The notes beneath the pieces are model-generated. The model worked only from the letters and a program-made list of their open reading frames with translations. It ran no database searches and was not told the DNA's origin. This document shows, one piece after another, positions 57,881-64,000 of a stretch of DNA of 64,000 nucleotides (position 1 is the first letter of the stretch; each line of letters begins with the position of its first letter). Made by a program: the position numbers and the translations under genes. Source of the DNA: Ostrea edulis (taxonomy: Eukaryota); the NCBI RefSeq assembly GCF_947568905.1, contig NC_079172.1:64790001-64854000 (forward strand). The letters are read 5' to 3'.

Positions 57881-58029
57881 CCAGAGGCAGATCCAGTTGG
57901 GGATTCGGGGGGTTGGAAAATTTTGCTAGAATGGTAAAAATACCGCATTTTGAGTGGGTATTTTAGTTTTCAAAACCAAAATTAATGGTAGACCCCACCC
58001 CCTTTCAAAAATTCCTGGATCCGCCCCTG
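57881..58029. mobile_element. Short degenerate MITE with CAG termini
   Basis: cagaggcagatccag / ctggatccgcccctg; no clear TSD. Confidence 0.5.
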
Positions 58030-58741
58030 TTGTTTAATGCCATATGGATATGGTATCATATTTCTTGTGGGGTTACTTTTTTGTGGTAAATTGGTTAAAG
58101 AGTTGTCGTTTCTTGATATGTTACTCACTTGTGTTCATGGAAAATTACAATACATAGGTTTGAACCGCTATAGATATTAATGATTTCACAGTGATAGCAC
58201 ATGTATGTTAATCATTGGGTTCAAATAACGTATTTGCAATCTATGACTAAATACATGATAAGACTGAAAATTAGAGCACCGCTAAACCGGTACATGATAC
58301 GCCCGCATACATTACTGACCCAGAAATTTTATCAAGTAAGAGAGGATTATCCACAAAAAGGATGCAATAAAATGTATTTTGCATTAAATAAATCCAAGTC
58401 CAAGGGCTTTAAATCCTTCAAAAATAGTTGGACAACATTACCCTTGCAATATACAAGGAGTTGCGAAGACAAAGTACTTGCATAAAATGAATCTTAAGTC
58501 CAAGGTCCCTAACTCCTTCAAAATTAGTGGTGCAGCATTCCCCTTGCAATATGCACATCTCCACATTGTGATCTTAATTTGTACCAGGTTTCATCAAAAT
58601 CCCCCCAGGGTTTAAGAGGAGTTGTGAAGACAAAGTTAAAGGGACAGACAGCGGTATAGCAAAATACACCCACATTTTTATGCGGGTGTATGAAAACGTA
58701 TCCGTAATTCATATTTTGCATAAAAAGCTGAGTATATTTCA

Positions 58742-60023
58742 GTTCACGTTAGGTAAGACAGACGGACCTTGTTTACGTTAGGTTAGACAGACGGACCTTG
58801 TTTACGTTAGGTAAGACAGGCGAACCTTGTTCACGTTAGGTAAGACAGACGGACTTTGTTCACTTTAGGTAAGACAGACGGACTTTGTTCACGTTAGGTA
58901 AGACAGACGGACCTTGTTCACGTTAGGTAAGACAGACGGACTTTGTTCACGTTAGGTAAGACAGACTTACATTGTTCACGTTAGGTAAGACAAGCGGACC
59001 TTGTTCACGTTAGGTAAGACAGACGGACCTTGTTCACGTTAGGTAAGACAGGCGGACCTTGTTCACGTTAGGTAAGACAGACGGACTTTGTTCACGTTAG
59101 GTAAGACAGACGGACCTTGTTCACGTTAGGTAAGACAGACGGACTTTGTTCACGTTAGGTAAGACAGACTTACATTGTTCACGTTAGGTAAGACAAGCGG
59201 ACCTTGTTCACGTTAGGTAAGACAGACGGACCTTGTTCACGTTAGGAAAGACAGGCGGACCTTGTTCACGTTAGGTAAGACAGGCGGACCTTGTTCACGT
59301 TAGGTAAGACAGACGGACCTTGTTCACGTTAGGTAAGACAGACGGACCTTGTTCACGTTAGGTAAGACAGACGGACCTTGTTCACGTTAGGTAAGACAGG
59401 CGGACCTTGTTCATGTTAGGTAAGACAGACTTACATTGTTCACGTTAGGTAAGACAGATTTACATTGTTGACGTTAGGTAAGACAGACGGACCTTGTTCA
59501 CGTTACGTAAGACAGACGGACCTTGTTTACGTTAGGTAAGACAGACAGACCTTGTTCACGTTAGGTAAGACAGACGGACCTTGTTCACGTTACGTAAGAC
59601 AGACGGACCTTGTTCACGTTAGGTAAGACAGACGGACCTTGTTCACGTTAGGTAAGACAGACGGACCTTGTTCACGTTAGGTAAGACAGGCGGACCTTGT
59701 TCACGTTACGTAAGACAGACGGACCTTGTTCACGTTAGGTAAGACAGACGGACCTTGTTCACGTTAGGTAAGACAGACGGACCTTGTTCACGTTAGGTAA
59801 GACAGACGGACCTTGTTCACGTTAGGTAAGACAGGCGGACCTTGTTCACGTTAGGTAAGACAGACGGACTTTGTTCACGTTAGGTAAGACAGACTTACAT
59901 TGTTCACGTTAGGTAAGACAGACGGACTTTGTTCACGTTAGGTAAGACAGGCGGACCTTGTTCACGTTAGGTAAGACAGATGCACCTTGTTCACGTTAAG
60001 TAAGACAAACTTACCTTGTTCAC
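58742..60023 (-). repeat. 29-bp minisatellite built from the donor of the minus-strand EGF exon at 60015
   Basis: Minus unit gtgaacaag|gtccgtctgtcttacctaac, about 44 copies; first copy is gtgaacaag|gtaagt. Confidence 0.93.
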
Positions 60024-60128
60024 AGAGTGTCCCACTCCATTCATAAGAGCAACTGCACGCAAAACTTCACAGTGTGTTCAGACATGTGCCTCCGTTAAAA
60101 CATGTATCGTTCCAACATTCGTCAATGT
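60015..60128 (-). pseudogene. Calcium-binding EGF-like exon with in-frame TGA
   Basis: ttatag|AC ATT...CAA G|gtaagt; 114 nt; DIDECWNDTCFNGGTCLNTL*SFACSCSYEWSGTLCEQ; TGA at 60067-60069. Confidence 0.85.
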
Positions 60129-60669
60129 CTATAAATACAGAAAATTATACGAGGTGATGATATCGAACAATGATCAATCACATACACCCCATAGAATACG
60201 AAATTGAGAGCAGGAAAGCACTGACCCCTGTAAACACTAGAGGTGGGATCAAATGCGAAGGAGGAGTAGACATCCCCTGTTGACCGGTTACTCTCACTGT
60301 GTGTCCTAGCCTATAGCTTACCCAAGTGTTTGTATTGTGTTTCTGCAAAAACTTATGAGCAATGTTTCAGTGTAACGTTCTAGAACAGGTAGCTCAGTGG
60401 TAGAGCGTTCGCTTCATAACCGGGAGGTCGTGAGTTCGAGCTCCGCTTGTGTCAAGGCCGCGTCACATCTGTAGTAATTGCTCCTTCGCCAGTTACATGG
60501 CATTCAGAAGTGAGAATGACGGGTCTTTCGGATATGACCTTAAAACAAAATTTCCGTGTCGCAGCAGGCGCTGGCATGTTTAAGAACCCTCACTGCTACG
60601 GCCCTGAGCGATATGTATAGGGCTAGATTTGGCAGCCTTTCACCAACAGCTGGTGACCTCTCAATATGA

Positions 60670-63409
60670 CCATTCCCATCTATAAAGAAAGTAACAAACC
60701 AAGGAAGTTCCCCGACAGTTACAGACCCATAGGCCTTCTTCCATGCCTCCTTAAAACCTTTGAAAAGTTGTTACTAACCCGAATTCGGACTCATATCCAG
60801 CCTTTGATAAATTTTCCAAATCAACAACAGCAAGGTTTTTAACAAAAACTTGGGTGTAACAGTGTCCTTCAACCTTCAAGAGACAATTTACCACAATTTA
60901 GAACATGGAAGTCCCGTCCTTGTAGCCTTTTTTGTTGATACACAGAAGGCATTTGACACGGTATGGCGACATGGTCTAATGTACAAACTACACAGGCTTG
61001 GGATTTCGGGTCGTATATGGAGTCTAATAAACGATTGTCATGTAAACACATCGTTCTCTGTCGTTGTTAACCAAGTCAGTTCTGACTGGTTTCCAATTTC
61101 ACAAGGCGTTAGACAGGGTGGTGTTTTGTCAACCTTTCTCTACTTTGTATTCATCGACGAATTGCTGCACGAAATTCAAAATCTGTGTACAGATACCGGT
61201 ATTTTCAGTATCACGAGCGTTAATCCAACGCTTGCGGATGCTGTTTGTTGTGTTGCGCTTACCCCGCATGGATTACAGGAAATTCTACGCAAAATATACG
61301 AGTATTCAACAAAATGGCGCTTTACATTTGTAATGATTTCATGTTTTTCAATGTTGCAAGAGGCCTACAGAAACGGTGATCTAGAAACTTAACTATGGCT
61401 GATACACAATTAGCTAGCAGCGGGTGATCTAGAAACTGTTGCTGATCATGTGACCCCCAGAGGGTATATATACAGCTGCAGCCAGTCAGTAAGGTTTTTT
61501 AAGTCAAGCGGAGGAAGAAGAAGCATTATAACGGTTAGTTTGGTCAGGTGGATTGCCTAATATTGGAGGCTTGCCACAGGTGGATTGCCTTATATAAATA
61601 TTGGAGGCTTGCCACACTTCTTTGTTATATAGGACCATTTGTTTGGAGTCTGACCACAGTAGTGGCTAGCATTTTAGAGGTTGACCTCCTGGAGGTTCGC
61701 CTATTTATTTGTCATTCTTCCTCGGTTAGGGAAGGTGTAAGGCTTCAGAGGTTAGCAGTTCACTGTCCGTCCTGAATAAGGCATTAACACAGTAACTGCT
61801 GCTTCTGGAGTTGGACCACCTTTATTCGGCTAGGGCTTACCTCTTAGATAGTTGTTACTGCCTGAATAAGGCATATCTCTATCTAGAGGTGTATAAACTC
61901 ATAAAGTAGTAATATAGGTCGACCAAGTGTGATTTTCCCCTAAGTAAGGGAAGGATCTTATTTGTATATATTTGCAGACCAGTAGTTATATATTTAAATC
62001 ACTTTAGAGAGGAAAACTGTATCATTTTGTTCAATCATTTTTACAGAGGAAAATTATTTACTTGTTGAATTAATTCAAAACCCCAGATCCTGGAATCAAC
62101 CGGGTACGAACCCCCTTGACACGTTACACATTCAATGCAAACAAATCCAATGTCCTCCATTTTTATCCAAAAAGGGCAAATCATACGGACTCATTAACTT
62201 GGCATCTAGGCAAGAATGTTATTGAATCTTCCAAGGAATACACGCACCTGGGAGTTTTACTGAATTCCACATTTGATCCCAGTAGCAGAACTTCGAATGC
62301 TTGCATGAAAGGACGCCAAACATTTTGCACTAAAAACATCCGTACAGCTCAACCCAATCACTATCTCCAAGTTATATAAGAAGGTAGCTCTCCCCTCTGT
62401 ATCATATGGATGCAAACTCTGGTGCGGCCTACGACGAAAAGATGTCGAAACCCCTATTTACATTTCAACATTTTATAGCAAAACAAGCAATGGGTCTCCA
62501 TAAGCAAACCAGATCGGATATGTGTGAAAGCCTTTTGGGTATGCTTCCTATGACATCAAGAAACTGCAATGTTTTGGATGTCTTTGTGAACTGGACACTA
62601 ATTATCTCACAAAGTGCATATTTTTCACTCGTCTATTCTCACATATAAGGAACCCCTGTGCCAAACATCGCAGATTTATTCAGGACATCATGCCTCTATT
62701 GACCAAATATAATTTGCACCCCGCTTTAACTCGATATCCTGAAAGTGGCGCTTCTTCTCAAAATCAGAGTGGAAAAGATCTATTAAATCCTCTGTCATCA
62801 CTTACCATTCCGATTCCAGACGACAACGCATGCGTGCTGATCCTGACTTTACCCGATTTATCATTCTTTGCGATGGAATATCACCAACTTTGTTTTGGAA
62901 TATTCCGCACAATAATAACGAGATTCTTCTGTGCAAGTTTATTGTAAAATTATGGACTCTTCTGGATACACCACCCGAAATTGGCTCACTGTGTGCGAGA
63001 CCTTTCACGAATGTGTTTGAGCACGTATCTACTACCTGTTCTGAAACATTCCTGTATCGCAACGCCTGGTGGGAAACTCTAATTGAAGACGGCTGCCGAC
63101 CTATGTGGGTTGTTCCAATATGACTTGTATTTATTTAGAAGGATGGTCTCAAACTTGCCTGATTTTGACATTCCAGAACTACATCTGAACTTTCGTTTTA
63201 TGAGATGCAGCAGCAATGTATTATAACAAACTTCGAGTTACACTGCAACTAAACATTGTATGCTTGTAACCTGTTGTGTAGGTATTTTTGTATTCTTCCT
63301 CTTCCATTGTAATTACTTGTATTCCTTATATTATTTTGCATATGTCTTGATTAATGCACTACCATTGTACTTCTAATGAATCTACATCTGGAGGAAAGAA
63401 AGAAAGAAA
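60670..63409 (+). mobile_element. 5'-truncated, decayed non-LTR retrotransposon (RT domain)
   Basis: YRPIGLLPCLLKTFEK, DTQKAFDTVWRHGL, QGVRQGGVLS and LADA (degenerate YADD), with stops and frameshifts; (gaaa)n tail. Confidence 0.85.
61329..62128. mobile_element. 800-bp solo-LTR-like insertion
   Basis: TGTAA...TTACA ends, 4-bp TSD catt; removing it restores the RT frame WRFTF|NANKS. Confidence 0.75.
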
Positions 63410-63519
63410 GCAGGCATTAGCACGTTTAAGAACCCTCACTGCTACAGCCCTGAGCGCTATGCATAGGCCTAGATTTTGCAGCCCTTCACCAACAGCTGGT
63501 AACATCTCAATATGAGTGA

Positions 63520-63780
63520 TTGTTTATTGTTTAATGTCCCTCTCTCGAATATTTCACTCATATGAAGACGTCATCACTGCCGGTGAAGGGCTGCAAAATT
63601 TAGGCCTATGTTCGGCGCTTACGACCTTTGAGCAGGGCGCGCGGGATCTTTATTGTGCCACACCTGCTGTGACACGGGTTCTCGGTTTTAGCGGTCTCGT
63701 CCGAAGGACCGCCCCATTTAGTCGCCTCTTACGACAAGCAAGGGGTACTGAGGACCTATTCTAACCTGGATCCCAAGGGA
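63520..63780 (-). mobile_element. 5'-truncated SINE inserted antisense into the first SINE
   Basis: Reverse complement matches 202-324 and 38874-38988. Confidence 0.8.
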
Positions 63781-63841
63781 CTCAATTCTCGACGGGATGT
63801 TAAACAAACAAAGAATCAGTCATCGCTCAGATAATAATTAC

Positions 63842-63955
63842 CTTTATCACATCGGTTTCCAGTCCAGCCACTAGGACAGACGCACGTGTAGGACGTTACT
63901 GTATTCCTGCATTTTCCTCCATTCGCACAGGGATTCTTCGAACACTCGTCAACAT
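63842..63955 (-). CDS. Calcium-binding EGF-like exon of a minus-strand EGF-repeat gene (intact)
   Basis: caacag|AT GTT...AAA G|gtaatt; 114 nt, phase 1-1; DVDECSKNPCANGGKCRNTVTSYTCVCPSGWTGNRCDK. Confidence 0.9.
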
Positions 63956-64000
63956 CTGTTGAGTAAATGTATAGATGTGAAGAGGAAAAATCAATTGACT

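Larger units (their letters stand above)
60386..63812 (+). mobile_element. tRNA-derived SINE fragmented by nested insertions
   Basis: Head tagctcagtggtagagc...gttcgagctc; body to 60669, resumes at 63410-63519 and 63781-63812 with an (aaac)n tail. Confidence 0.75.

Noticed and set aside
58735-58758. Plus-strand 10-nt micro-exon (tttcag|ttcacgttag|gtaaga)
   Set aside because: It is explained by the inverted repeat inside the minus-strand donor unit, and no plus-strand gene context exists there.
58742-60023. CRISPR-like appearance of the 29-bp and other 23-43-bp arrays
   Set aside because: Units are head-to-tail with no unique spacers, there are no cas genes, and the context is spliceosomal introns.
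60067-60069. TGA as selenocysteine
   Set aside because: It aligns to a Gly position of the EGF motif, all six Cys are present, and I saw no SECIS evidence.
60386-60460. Possible tRNA gene (also 11410-11500)
   Set aside because: A and B boxes are present but run into SINE bodies with tails or TSDs, and there is no complete cloverleaf.

Overview
This is AT-rich animal genomic DNA, most likely a bivalve (oyster). That assignment is an inference from a ~166-bp satellite inside Helentron-like elements and from the SINE types. It contains no prokaryotic features. (1) The + strand carries an attractin (ATRN/ATRNL1-type) gene. I traced 28 GT-AG coding exons by hand from 2000 to a stop at 52602. All splice phases are compatible and give ~1206 codons: CUB, EGF, Kelch, PSI, laminin-EGF, transmembrane helix and a MASRPF cytoplasmic tail. 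Exon 1 lies upstream of the window. (2) The - strand carries the convergent 3' end of a calcium-binding EGF-repeat gene that the ORF track misses. Its three exons are one intact, one with an in-frame TGA and one with an apparent frameshift. (3) The introns hold about 20 minisatellites and many nested transposons. The main pattern is that nine tandem repeats have units made from the neighbouring exon-intron junction itself. They expand into the intron and leave up to ~100 decoy splice-site copies, many of them disarmed. Three of them could give in-frame alternative splicing. A near-identical copy of the exon just before the transmembrane region sits behind a transposon end and could serve as a terminal exon for a secreted attractin. 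Most long ORFs in the track are repeat artefacts.
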